DNA of 64,000 nucleotides from Alphaproteobacteria bacterium. GTDB taxonomy: Bacteria > Pseudomonadota > Alphaproteobacteria > Micavibrionales > UBA2020. The stretch spans positions 38,986-102,985 of the forward strand of contig DAOMYX010000001.1 of the NCBI GenBank assembly GCA_035437825.1, given 5' to 3'. The translations under genes were made by a program, and so were the position numbers. How positions within the stretch are numbered: position 1 is the first letter of the stretch; every line of letters begins with the position of its first letter. Positions 1 to 9,246 of the stretch are shown here, one piece after another. Under the pieces are notes generated by a model that worked only from the letters and a program-made list of their open reading frames with translations, was not told the origin of the DNA and made no database searches.

Positions 1-377
1 AAATTGTGGTGAATACGGGTTTGGGTATCGTGGCCTTTTTCCTGCCCCATGACAACGACGCTCTGCCCGCGGAAACGGCCAAGGCCGCCCAAAAGCGCAG
101 CATCTTCGCCGAAATAGCGGTCACCCGCCAGCGGGGTAAAATCCTGAATAAGGCGTTTGGTGTAATCAAGGAAGTGCGGACGACTGGGGTGGCGGGCCAC
201 TTGCACTTTCTGGTCGGGCGCCAGTTTGGAATAGGTCTGGATAAGAATGCGCTCGGACTTCTCGCGCATGCGGGTGATTTCTTCCTGCATATCGCCGCTG
301 TTGGACAGCTGCCCCAGTTCGGCAATTTTTGCTTCCAGTTCAACGATGGGTTTTTCAAATTCCAGATGATAGACCAT
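1..377 (-). CDS. accA: acetyl-CoA carboxylase carboxyltransferase alpha subunit, N-terminal part (gene runs off the left edge)
   Basis: Reverse translation from ATG at 377 reads MVYHLEFEKPIVELEAKIAELGQLS...ARHPSRPHFLDYTKRLIQDFTPLAGDRYFGED...VMGQEKG, the conserved AccA N-terminus. It is absent from the ORF track because no stop lies inside the window. Confidence 0.85.
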   Translation of the reverse strand, partial: MVYHLEFEKPIVELEAKIAELGQLSNSGDMQEEITRMREKSERILIQTYSKLAPDQKVQVARHPSRPHFLDYTKRLIQDFTPLAGDRYFGEDAALLGGLGRFRGQSVVVMGQEKGHDTQTRIHHN

Positions 378-598
378 GAGTGCTTTCCGTTGTGTCATAG
401 GCGGCGCGGCAAGACAGCGCCAGAAAGGCCGCAGTATAGCGAAATATGCCTTATATTCAAGGAAACACCGCAAACCCCTGTTTACATAGACTTTGGGGTG
501 AGGCATAGAAAAAGGACGCTTTCGGTTGGGAAAGCGTCCTTCTTCAATTTTATTCACATACATGCCCCGGAACAGGCAGCGGTATGCAAATGGGGTGG

Positions 599-1582
599 TT
601 AGCCGTTCGCTTTCTGCGCGAGCGGATGCTTCTCAGCAGCTTCTTTGGCCTGATCGCCGACGACCTGCGTGTAGATTTGGGTCGTTGCGATGTCTGCATG
701 GCCAAGCATTTTCTGCACCGAACGCAGATCCGCACCGTGCTTGAGCAGGTGGGTTGCGAAGGCATGGCGCAGAACGTGCGGGCTGACGCGCTCCGGATCA
801 ATACCGGCATTGCGGGACAGCTCTTTCAGCAGCTGGGCGAAACGCTGGCGGGTCAGGTGGCCGGATTCCGACGTACGCGACGGGAACAGCCACTTGCTTT
901 GCGATTCGGCGCGATCCGGCATCAGGAATTTCGTGCGAATTTCCATGTATGCGCGCATCGCTTTCTGAGCCGGCTCGGAGAGGGGCGCCATGCGTTCACG
1001 GCCACCTTTGCCTTCGACAGTCAGGTAACGGCTGTCGGGGCCGATGGCGGTGAGGGGCAGACCAACGAGTTCGGAAACGCGCAGGCCTGTCGCATAGAGA
1101 ATCTCGAGCAGGGCAACAAGGCGGATGCTTTCCGGGCCGCCTTGCTTCTGAGCGGTGTTGATGAGTACGGTGACTTCATCTTCGCTCAAAATTTTCGGAA
1201 GAGTACGGGTTTGCTTCGGGCTTTCGATGGTGGACGTCGGGTCTTCCGGACGTTTGCCTTCGGAAACCAGGAAGCCGAAGAACTGGCGCAGCGCAGAGAT
1301 GCGGCGAGCGATGGTACGAACGGCCGTTTTGCCGCCGCCCTTGCTTTTCGCATTTTCGCGATCGCTGAGTTCGTTCAGATATTCTTTGAGATCAGCCGTG
1401 GTCGCGCTGTCGATGTCTTTGCCGCTCTTTTTCAGAAAAGCGCAGACGTCAGCGAGGTCACGTTCGTAGGCGTGGCGGGTGTTCAGCGCAGCGCCGCGTT
1501 CGGCGATGAGCATATCGAGAAAGCCCTCGACGCTCCCGGGCAGGGGGGCTTTAGGCATTCTGGGACGACCTGGACGAGCCAT
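599..1582 (-). CDS. xerD: site-specific tyrosine recombinase XerD
   Basis: ORF 599..1615. I prefer ATG 1582 (MARPGRP), preceded by AGGAG. Catalytic signature is present: ATGLRVSELVGL, HVLRHAFATHLL, LGHADIATTQIYTQV. Confidence 0.85.
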   Translation of the reverse strand: MARPGRPRMPKAPLPGSVEGFLDMLIAERGAALNTRHAYERDLADVCAFLKKSGKDIDSATTADLKEYLNELSDRENAKSKGGGKTAVRTIARRISALRQFFGFLVSEGKRPEDPTSTIESPKQTRTLPKILSEDEVTVLINTAQKQGGPESIRLVALLEILYATGLRVSELVGLPLTAIGPDSRYLTVEGKGGRERMAPLSEPAQKAMRAYMEIRTKFLMPDRAESQSKWLFPSRTSESGHLTRQRFAQLLKELSRNAGIDPERVSPHVLRHAFATHLLKHGADLRSVQKMLGHADIATTQIYTQVVGDQAKEAAEKHPLAQKANG

Positions 1583-1968
1583 AGTGTGTTTCTCCTTTGT
1601 AAAGTTTCTGAGCACAACTCAATTGCCTTTGATTTATTGGCTTATTTTGAGCTGTACACCTCCGTAACAAGTGAACTTTAAGACATAAAGCCGTATCCCC
1701 GAGGGAATTGCAAGAGGGAATATGTGAAAATTTATTTTTAGTATTCACTGAACTTAAGGTCAAAAATCAAGAATTTGCCTAAAGCCATGAAATTTTCACG
1801 ATTTTCCGTCATATCCCGTATAAGGCCGTCTGTCCGCCCCCCTGTACCCGAAAACGACTGTTTTTGAGTACCTTAGGGCGATGATACCGCCTTGGTGCCC
1901 GCGGAATCGTTCTTGTCAGAATGATTCGCCGAAGGGCGTTATGTCAGGAAACCTGGAAAATGCGGAGG

Positions 1969-2118
1969 TCAGATGTTCCGGTTCAGGAACGCACTGCTGT
2001 CCAGCGTCTTTTCCACGGTCGTCTGGGCAACGGGAACATCCCAGACTGCCAGAACCGCAAAGCCGCCGGCGGCAAAAACAAACGCGAGAAAAACAAGGGA
2101 GGTCAGGAGTTTTGACAT
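1969..2118 (-). CDS. small (49 aa) single-pass membrane protein, unannotated in ORF track
   Basis: Reverse-strand ATG 2118 to TGA 1969 gives MSKLLTSLVFLAFVFAAGGFAVLAVWDVPVAQTTVEKTLDSSAFLNRNI. It has one clear hydrophobic helix, an AAGAAGG purine tract upstream, and GC-rich third codon positions. Confidence 0.4.
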   Translation of the reverse strand: MSKLLTSLVFLAFVFAAGGFAVLAVWDVPVAQTTVEKTLDSSAFLNRNI

Positions 2119-2417
2119 GTGTGCCTTCTTTTTCTTTTACCGCGCGTTGTTGTCGTTTTGAATATGCCTCAAACGTGTTTGCGTTTTCAACATATTTGGC
2201 GGTTTTTGGCTCCGGTTTTCCTTTTTCGCGCCTTGCCCGTTTATTCTCAAAACGAGTTTAAGCGCCCGACCAAGGTTAAATACCATAAAGCTGCATAATG
2301 TTTTACGCTGGCGCATACCATAAGTCAATATATTTTTTCATAAGTGCAAAATATGGCGCTTGGCTTGATTTCAACGCCGGAAACAGGCAGATTAAAGCAC
2401 TGGAATAACGGGAAAAA

Positions 2418-3008
2418 ATGCCAAAAACCTTGCCAATAATCGTACTTGTGGGGCTGATGGGCGCGGGCAAAAGCCGCGTCGGCCGCGAATTGGCGCGCCT
2501 GATGGGGGTGCCGTTTGTGGATGCCGACCATGAAATCGAAAAATCGGCGGGCATGACCATTCCGGATATTTTTGCAGAATTCGGCGAAGCGGAGTTTCGC
2601 AAAGGCGAGCTGAAAGTCATGCAGCGGTTATTGCAAGGTGCGCCGATTGTGCTGGCCTCCGGCGGCGGGGCGTTTATACAGCCCGCCGTGCGCGCCGCTA
2701 TTAAAAAGCACGCTGTGTCTGTCTGGTTGAAAGCGGATTTGGAAACGCTGGTCGCGCGCACCCGCCGCACGGCGCACCGTCCGCTGCTGCAGGGCGTTGA
2801 CCGCGCGCAAAAACTGCGCGAGCTGATGGATGCGCGCTATCCCGTTTATGCCGAAGCGGACATTACGCTGCTCACAGACCAGCAATCGCCGCAAACCATG
2901 GCGCGGCGCATCCGGCGTGAATTGGCGCAGCAGGGCCTGCTGCCCGCCGGAGACATGCCACGCGGCACATCGGTGCGCACGGCGGATAAACGCGGAGAAA
3001 ACACATGA
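2418..3008 (+). CDS. aroK: shikimate kinase
   Basis: Walker A GLMGAGKSRVGRELA, the DADHEIE motif, and an ATGA overlap with the following aroB. Confidence 0.9.
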   Translation: MPKTLPIIVLVGLMGAGKSRVGRELARLMGVPFVDADHEIEKSAGMTIPDIFAEFGEAEFRKGELKVMQRLLQGAPIVLASGGGAFIQPAVRAAIKKHAVSVWLKADLETLVARTRRTAHRPLLQGVDRAQKLRELMDARYPVYAEADITLLTDQQSPQTMARRIRRELAQQGLLPAGDMPRGTSVRTADKRGENT

Positions 3009-4123
3009 CAGGGGCGGATATGCAAACGGTGGCGGTCTCCCTCGGCGGCGGACGCGATTACAATATATATATTGGCGCGGGTACGCTTGCGGCGGCAGGC
3101 GCAAGCCTGCGCGGGGTTTTGCGCGCAAAGAAAATTTGCATCGTAACGGACAGCCATATCGCCGCACTGCCTTACCTGCCTGCGCTGGTAGCTGGGCTTG
3201 AAGCGGCGGGGTTTGAGGTTGTGGCGCCTGTCGTCCTGCCGGCGGGCGAGGGCAGCAAGAATTTCACACAGCTCGAGCATATTCTCTCAAGCGCGCTTGC
3301 TGCGGGTGTTGACCGCAAATCCGCATTTGTAGCACTGGGCGGCGGTGTTGTCGGCGATATCACGGGCTTTGCCGCGGCTGTTTTGATGCGCGGGATTGAT
3401 TTTGTGCAAATCCCGACCACGCTTCTGGCGCAGGTTGATAGCTCTGTCGGCGGCAAGACGGGCATTAACCTGCCGCTTGGCAAAAACCTTGTCGGCGCGT
3501 TTTGCCAGCCGCGCGCGGTGTTTATTGATACGGACGTGCTGGGCACACTGCCGCCGCGCGAAATGCGCGCGGGTTATGCGGAGGTTTTGAAATACGCGCT
3601 GATTAACCAGCCGGATTTTTTTGAATGGCTGGAGCAAAACGGCGCCGCGCTGCTGTCGGGCGATGCGGCGGTTCAGCGCGAGGCGATAGCCGTCAGCTGC
3701 CGCACCAAGGCCGACATCGTGGCCGAAGATGAACGCGAGGAAAAAGACATCCGCGCGCTTTTGAATCTGGGCCATACCTTCGGCCACGCGCTGGAGAAAA
3801 TCGGCGGATATGACGGCCGCTTGCTGCATGGCGAGGCGGTGGCGATTGGTTGCCTGTGGGCGGCGAAATTTTCGGTGCGGCGCGGGCTTTGCGCCGAGGG
3901 CGTGCCCGTGCGCATTGAAAACCATCTGAAAGCCGCGGGCATGATGACACATCCGCCTTTCGAGGTGGATGCGGATGATGTACTGGCCGCCATGCGCGGG
4001 GACAAAAAAAACGACGGCGGGCGCATCACACTTATCTTGATGCGCGGCATTGGCGGGGCTTTTGTGTCGCGCGATACCGACGAAGCGGACTTGCACGCAT
4101 TCCTTAAACAAAAAACGGGCTGA
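3005..4123 (+). CDS. aroB: 3-dehydroquinate synthase
   Basis: GGGVVGDITGFAAAVLMRGIDFVQIPTTLLAQVDSSVGGKTGIN and LNLGHTFGHALE motifs. The start could also be ATG 3020. Confidence 0.9.
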   Translation: MTGADMQTVAVSLGGGRDYNIYIGAGTLAAAGASLRGVLRAKKICIVTDSHIAALPYLPALVAGLEAAGFEVVAPVVLPAGEGSKNFTQLEHILSSALAAGVDRKSAFVALGGGVVGDITGFAAAVLMRGIDFVQIPTTLLAQVDSSVGGKTGINLPLGKNLVGAFCQPRAVFIDTDVLGTLPPREMRAGYAEVLKYALINQPDFFEWLEQNGAALLSGDAAVQREAIAVSCRTKADIVAEDEREEKDIRALLNLGHTFGHALEKIGGYDGRLLHGEAVAIGCLWAAKFSVRRGLCAEGVPVRIENHLKAAGMMTHPPFEVDADDVLAAMRGDKKNDGGRITLILMRGIGGAFVSRDTDEADLHAFLKQKTG

Positions 4124-4130
4124 CAACGCA

Positions 4131-5453
4131 ATGGGTGATTTTATTACTGAATTGGTGCTTTTCTTTGTTCTGCTGGTTTTGTCCGCGTTCTTTTCAGGTT
4201 CGGAAACCGCGCTGACGGCGGCGTCGCGCGCGCGCATGCACCGCATGGAAATAGACGGCAGCCGCCGCGCGGCCATGGTGAATAAACTGCGCGAGCATAA
4301 AGAGCGTTTGATTGGCGGGCTTTTGCTCGGCAATAACCTAGTGAATATTTCCGCATCCGCGCTTGCGACGTCGGTTTTGATAAAAACGGTAGGCGAGGCG
4401 GGCGTTGCCTACGCCACTATCGGCGTGACGTTTCTGGTGCTGATTTTCGCGGAGGTGATGCCCAAGACCTACGCGCTTTTGCATCCGGACCGCCTTGCGC
4501 TGGCCGTCGCGCCCGTGGTGTCGGCCATCGTTCTTGTTTTCTCGCCGGTCACGCGGGAAATTTCGCGTGTGGTGAATGTTGTGTTCCGCTTGTGCGGTGT
4601 CAGCCGCGAATCCCTCGATCATGCGGAGGCGCAGCAGGAAGAGCTGCGCGGTGCCATCGATCTTCTGGGCGGAGGCGAGCAGCAGGATGACGACGGCGAG
4701 GGGCAGGAAACCCGCGCGATGTTGAAATCCATCCTTGACCTTGCCGATGTGAATGTCGAAAAAGTCATGGTGCACCGTAAAAACGTGCGCATGATTAATG
4801 CCGACCAGCCCATCGACAGGATTGTGGACGAAGTGATGCACAGCTCCTTCACCCGTTTGCCGGTCTGGCGCGAAAGTCCGGACAATATCATCGGTGTGAT
4901 ACACTCCAAACTGATGTTGCAGGAACTGCGCCATTGCGGGGGCGATGTGTCAAAACTCGACCTGACGCGCGCGATGATGGAGCCGTGGTTTATCCCCGAA
5001 TCCGCAACGCTGTTCGAACAGCTGCAGGCCTTCCGCCGCCGCCGTGAACATTTCGCCATCATGGTGGATGAATACGGCGCCCTGATGGGGGTGATTACAC
5101 TTGAGGATATTCTGGAGGAAATCGTCGGCCAGATTGACGACGAACATGATATCGCCGTCACCGGTGTGCGCCCGCAGACGGATGGCAGCTTTATTGTGGA
5201 CGGCAAAGTCACCTTGCGCGACCTGAGCCGTGATATGGGCTGGAACATGCCGGATGACGATTATTCAACCGTCGCGGGGCTGCTTTTGTATGAAAGCCAG
5301 CGCATCCCCAGTGTCGGCCAGTCCTTTACCTTCCACGGTTTTCGCTTTGACGTGCTTAAAAAGCAGCGCAACCAGATTACCCTTGTCAAGATGACCCCGC
5401 TGCCCCCCGAAACGGCGGCCGAGGGCGACCGTATGCGGGAGGTTGGCGGCTGA
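4131..5453 (+). CDS. CNNM/DUF21 membrane protein with CBS pair and CorC_HlyC domain (TlyC/hemolysin-like)
   Basis: ORF 4050..5453. ATG 4131 lies just after the aroB stop. N-terminal TM helices, then a CBS region and the C-terminal pattern FIVDGKVTLRDL...GFRFDVLKKQRNQI. Confidence 0.8.
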   Translation: MGDFITELVLFFVLLVLSAFFSGSETALTAASRARMHRMEIDGSRRAAMVNKLREHKERLIGGLLLGNNLVNISASALATSVLIKTVGEAGVAYATIGVTFLVLIFAEVMPKTYALLHPDRLALAVAPVVSAIVLVFSPVTREISRVVNVVFRLCGVSRESLDHAEAQQEELRGAIDLLGGGEQQDDDGEGQETRAMLKSILDLADVNVEKVMVHRKNVRMINADQPIDRIVDEVMHSSFTRLPVWRESPDNIIGVIHSKLMLQELRHCGGDVSKLDLTRAMMEPWFIPESATLFEQLQAFRRRREHFAIMVDEYGALMGVITLEDILEEIVGQIDDEHDIAVTGVRPQTDGSFIVDGKVTLRDLSRDMGWNMPDDDYSTVAGLLLYESQRIPSVGQSFTFHGFRFDVLKKQRNQITLVKMTPLPPETAAEGDRMREVGG

Positions 5454-5516
5454 GTTGTTATAGTGTAGTATGCTTGCGCGACGAAACGCCACGGTACCGG
5501 GGATACAGGGGATATA

Positions 5517-7430
5517 ATGGCAGGCATAGCGGGTTATTTCGGTCAGGCACAGACGCCGGAAACCCTTCAGGGAATGGTGCGCAAGCTGCTTCACCGTGGC
5601 CGCGGGGGCGAGGCGTTCTACCATGCGAATCCCGTGTTCATGGGGGTGCGCACAACGGCTGCCGAAGGGGCGGCACAGCCCGCCTATAGCCGCGACGACA
5701 GCATCGCTGTTTTGTTTTCCGGCGAAATTTCCAATTATGCCGCGCTGCGCGCAGACCTTGAACGCAAGGGTATCCATTGCCGCAACGACAGCACGGCCGA
5801 GCTTGTGCTGCATTTGTACGAGGCTTATGGCCTGAACCTGGCCACGCATTTGCGCGGGCGGTTCGTTTTTGCCGTGCATGATACGCTTAAAGATTTCGTG
5901 GTCATTACCCGCGACCGCATGGGACAAGAGCCGCTTTACTATACGACCACCCAATCGGGCGATTTCGTGTTCGCGTCCGAACTGAAGGCGTTGCTGGAAC
6001 ATCCGGGCGTGCGTCCCGTGCCCGAATTGCGTGCCATAGATGCCTTTTTGTCTTTCGGCTATAGCCCGGGCCCCGGCACGTTTCTGAAGGGCGTGCATAA
6101 ACTGCCCGCCGGCCACCGCCTGATATGGAACCCCGGCCTGCATGTGATGGTCGAGCCTTACTGGCAGTGGGAAACCTATATGCGCCCGGATGCGGCGCTG
6201 AAAACCGATGCGGATTTTCAGGCGCGTTTCGATACGCTGCTCGAAGATGCCATCGCGCAGTCTGCCGCCGGGCTGCACAAACCGGCCATCGCGCTTTCCG
6301 GCGCGGCCGAGGAAACGGCTATCGCCGCGTTTTTGATGAAAGACGCGCCGCCGCACGGGCTGGATACTTTTACCGTCGGCTATGACGGTGACGAAGAAGC
6401 GCTTTTGCCGTCGCGGGAAATCGCACGGCGTCTGGGCACGCGTCACAACGAAATCATCTGCACACCGCCGGACATGGAGAAGTTGCCCGAAATCGTCTGG
6501 GCGCTTGACGAACCGCTGGGCGACCCGTCGGTCGTTTCGTCCTATATGCTGTCGCAGCAAGCGGGGCAGGGCACGGACGGCATCATCCGCGGCGTCGGTG
6601 CCGATGACATGATGTGCGGACTTTTGCAGCAGGAAGCGTTCTTGCGCATGAGCCGCATGCCGCCGCTATTCTCCGCATTCTATCGCGCGGGTGTAAATCT
6701 GCTGCCCCAATCGTGGATGGACAGCCAGTTCGACTGCAATGGCCGCATCGGTGATAAATGCCGCCAGCGTATTTTGATGGTGCTGTCCGAATTGGGCAAT
6801 AGACGCAGCAGCCTGATGCGCCGTTATGCCATGATGACGGCAGTTTTTACGGCGCGTGACAAAGCTGCGCTCTATACCGGCACGATGTCGCCTGTGATGG
6901 AAAGTTTCATGGACAGCGGCCGCGAAAATGCCTTGGCATGGCCGACGCCGATATCATCGCTGCTGGCACTTCAAAAAGATTATGTGCTGCAAGACAGTAC
7001 GCTGCTGCGCGCGGATAAAATCGCCGGACTGACATCGACCACGCTGCGCCTGCCGTATATGGACAACGCGCTGGTCGAATTCATCCTCTCCGCGCCCGAC
7101 CACCTGAAATATCAGGGCGGCAAGGGCAAGGTGATGATACGCAATTATGTGGAGAAGGTGGCGCCGGGCTTACCCGAAATTTCGCGCCGTCATGCAAACC
7201 TGCCGATGCAGCGTTTCCTTTCAGCCCGCCTGATGCGCGATTTGATGGAAACCTGCCTGTCTGAAAAAGCTGTGCTTGCGCGCGGGCTTTTCAATCCGGA
7301 TGTTGTGCGCCACATTGTCGGCCGCGTGCGTGACGGGGATATGATTGAAATGCGCCAGGGCTTCGCGCTTTTGATGCTGGAGCTGTGGTTCCGCGTCTAT
7401 ATCGACGGCGACAAAAGCTGGCCGCGCTAA
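5517..7430 (+). CDS. asparagine synthetase B family homolog with degenerate active sites
   Basis: Overall AsnB pattern: HRGxxG, FSGEISNY, RDRMGQEPLYY, FASELKAL. The N-terminus is MAGIAG (not MCG) and the PP-loop position reads LSGAAEET (not SGGxDS). Confidence 0.75.
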   Translation: MAGIAGYFGQAQTPETLQGMVRKLLHRGRGGEAFYHANPVFMGVRTTAAEGAAQPAYSRDDSIAVLFSGEISNYAALRADLERKGIHCRNDSTAELVLHLYEAYGLNLATHLRGRFVFAVHDTLKDFVVITRDRMGQEPLYYTTTQSGDFVFASELKALLEHPGVRPVPELRAIDAFLSFGYSPGPGTFLKGVHKLPAGHRLIWNPGLHVMVEPYWQWETYMRPDAALKTDADFQARFDTLLEDAIAQSAAGLHKPAIALSGAAEETAIAAFLMKDAPPHGLDTFTVGYDGDEEALLPSREIARRLGTRHNEIICTPPDMEKLPEIVWALDEPLGDPSVVSSYMLSQQAGQGTDGIIRGVGADDMMCGLLQQEAFLRMSRMPPLFSAFYRAGVNLLPQSWMDSQFDCNGRIGDKCRQRILMVLSELGNRRSSLMRRYAMMTAVFTARDKAALYTGTMSPVMESFMDSGRENALAWPTPISSLLALQKDYVLQDSTLLRADKIAGLTSTTLRLPYMDNALVEFILSAPDHLKYQGGKGKVMIRNYVEKVAPGLPEISRRHANLPMQRFLSARLMRDLMETCLSEKAVLARGLFNPDVVRHIVGRVRDGDMIEMRQGFALLMLELWFRVYIDGDKSWPR

Positions 7431-7468
7431 ATCCCCCCATGCATCTGCGCGGGATTGCGGATTTATTT

Positions 7469-8686
7469 TTATAAAGCTTCCGCGATTTCCGATACAAGGC
7501 GGCGGGCGACGTCCTGTTTGCTCATGTGCGGCCAGCTATCGGCGCTGATGTCCTTGCCGCTGTTTTTAAGGACGGTCACGGTATTGTCGGCCTGACCGAA
7601 TACTTTGCCGCCCGCAACATCGTTCAGCACCAGCCAGTCGCAGCCTTTGCGCGCGAGCTTCTTTTTGGCATCCTCAATCCCCGCGTCGGTTTCGGCGGCG
7701 AAGCCGACGACAAGCGCGGGGCGATGGTTGCCTGTGGCCACCGTGCGCAGAATATCGGGGTTCTGCACAAGGGCGAGGGATATGCCGTCATCGCCGGATT
7801 TTTTGATTTTATGCGCGGCGGCTTCTGCGGGGCGATAATCCGCGACGGCTGCCGTGAAAATTGCGATGTCTGCCGGAAGTGATTTCAGCGTCGCTTCCAG
7901 CATTTGCTGGGCGGTCGTGATGCGCACGACATGGATGCCGGCAGGCGGCGGCTCCTGCACGGGGCCGGAGATAAGGGTGACATCCGCACCCGCGCCGGCC
8001 AGTGCGGCGGCAATCGCATGACCTTGGCGGCCGGATGAAATATTGCCGATGAAACGCACAGGGTCGATGCTTTCGTGCGTGGGGCCGCTGGTGACAATTG
8101 CGCGGCGGCCGCGCAGCGGGCCGTTCACGGCAAAAAAGTCTGATACCGCAGCGACAATCTCCGGCACATCGGGCAGGCGGCCGGTGCCATGTTCGCCGCA
8201 GGCCATATCGCCGACGGCGGGCTCGACAAAGCGGATACCGCGGCGTTTCAGCGTTGCGATGTTTTCTTGCGTCGCTGCGTTTGCCCACATGGCAGGGTTC
8301 ATGGCGGGGCACATCATCACGGGTTTATCGGTGGCCAGCAAAACGGTGGAGGCCAAATCATCCGCCAGCCCCTGCGCCGCGCGCGCCATGATATTCGCGC
8401 TGGCGGGCGTGACCAGTACAAGGTCGCAATCGCGCGCAAGGCGGATATGCCCCATTTCCTGTTCGTCGGTCAGGGAGAAGAGGTTGGTATAAACTTTGTT
8501 TTCCGACAGCGCGCCCACAGACAGCGGCGTGATGAACTGCGCCCCGCCCGATGTCAGGATGCAGCGCACGTCCGCCCCGCGTTCCCGCAGGCGGCGGATA
8601 AGGTCGAGGCTTTTATATGCGGCAATCCCGCCCGAAATAATCAGCAGGATACGGCGGTGAACCAGATTTTGCGCGATAACTGTCAT
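7469..8686 (-). CDS. coaBC: bifunctional phosphopantothenoylcysteine decarboxylase / phosphopantothenate-cysteine ligase
   Basis: ILLIISGGIAAYKSLDLIRRL flavoprotein N-half and GPTHESIDPVRFIGNISSGRQG ligase C-half. Confidence 0.9.
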   Translation of the reverse strand: MTVIAQNLVHRRILLIISGGIAAYKSLDLIRRLRERGADVRCILTSGGAQFITPLSVGALSENKVYTNLFSLTDEQEMGHIRLARDCDLVLVTPASANIMARAAQGLADDLASTVLLATDKPVMMCPAMNPAMWANAATQENIATLKRRGIRFVEPAVGDMACGEHGTGRLPDVPEIVAAVSDFFAVNGPLRGRRAIVTSGPTHESIDPVRFIGNISSGRQGHAIAAALAGAGADVTLISGPVQEPPPAGIHVVRITTAQQMLEATLKSLPADIAIFTAAVADYRPAEAAAHKIKKSGDDGISLALVQNPDILRTVATGNHRPALVVGFAAETDAGIEDAKKKLARKGCDWLVLNDVAGGKVFGQADNTVTVLKNSGKDISADSWPHMSKQDVARRLVSEIAEAL

Positions 8687-8813
8687 GTCATGATTATATG
8701 TGGTTTCCTGTTGCCCTGCGACAAGTGGCGTGCAGGCATGGCATTTTTTTTAGATTGACATAAATTAAAAAGCGGTGCTATGATACCGCATATTCAGACA
8801 GCAGGAGGATTTG

Positions 8814-9110
8814 ATGAGAAAAGCTTTTTTGACCGCGCTTTTGCCCTTTGCGCTTATGACCGCAGGCTGCGACGGCATGGCCGAAGCGCCCAAAACCCCC
8901 GAACAAAAAAAGGCCGAAGCGATTGAGCAAATCAACCGCGAATTCGGCCTGCAGGTGCGCGATGTGACGCTGCCCAAGGCTTTCTATGACCTGCCCGCAG
9001 GGCAATACGAGGTCACCATCAAAGGCAAGGACGGGCAGGATAAAGACTGCATCGCCAACGTCATCCAGACCACCCATGGCCGCACCAACGTTATTTTGAA
9101 CTGCCCCTGA
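8814..9110 (+). CDS. small lipoprotein, unknown function
   Basis: AGGAGG lies 5 nt before ATG 8814. Signal peptide with lipobox: MRKAFLTALLPFALMTAGC. Confidence 0.6.
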   Translation: MRKAFLTALLPFALMTAGCDGMAEAPKTPEQKKAEAIEQINREFGLQVRDVTLPKAFYDLPAGQYEVTIKGKDGQDKDCIANVIQTTHGRTNVILNCP

Positions 9111-9246
9111 TTTTTTGTGCGCCGCACACATGCTTTATGCCCGCGTTTCGTAGCGCGAGGGTTGCCTGCGCGCGGGTATGCGGTTATGCTGCCCGCTCTC
9201 ATATCGACAGGCATCTCTTAACCGAAGCGAAAGGCAGCAGGCGGTG

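Noticed and set aside
599-1582. The tyrosine recombinase as a marker of an integrated mobile element.
   Set aside because: It is a full-length XerD-type protein beside accA. No att-like repeats, tRNA or phage/ICE genes are nearby, which is consistent with the housekeeping chromosome-dimer resolvase.
1701-1721. The direct repeat GAGGGAAT-N5-GAGGGAAT in the xerD upstream region.
   Set aside because: There are only two 8-mers, which is too short to separate from chance, and I saw no further copies elsewhere in the window.
5265-6560. A 431-aa minus-strand ORF opposite the AsnB-like gene. Similar antisense ORFs lie opposite pnp (28294-29859), gpmI (30468-32114), the AGCS transporter (60104-61723) and other genes.
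   Set aside because: The same shadow-ORF reasoning applies. In every case the opposite strand carries a recognisable conserved protein.
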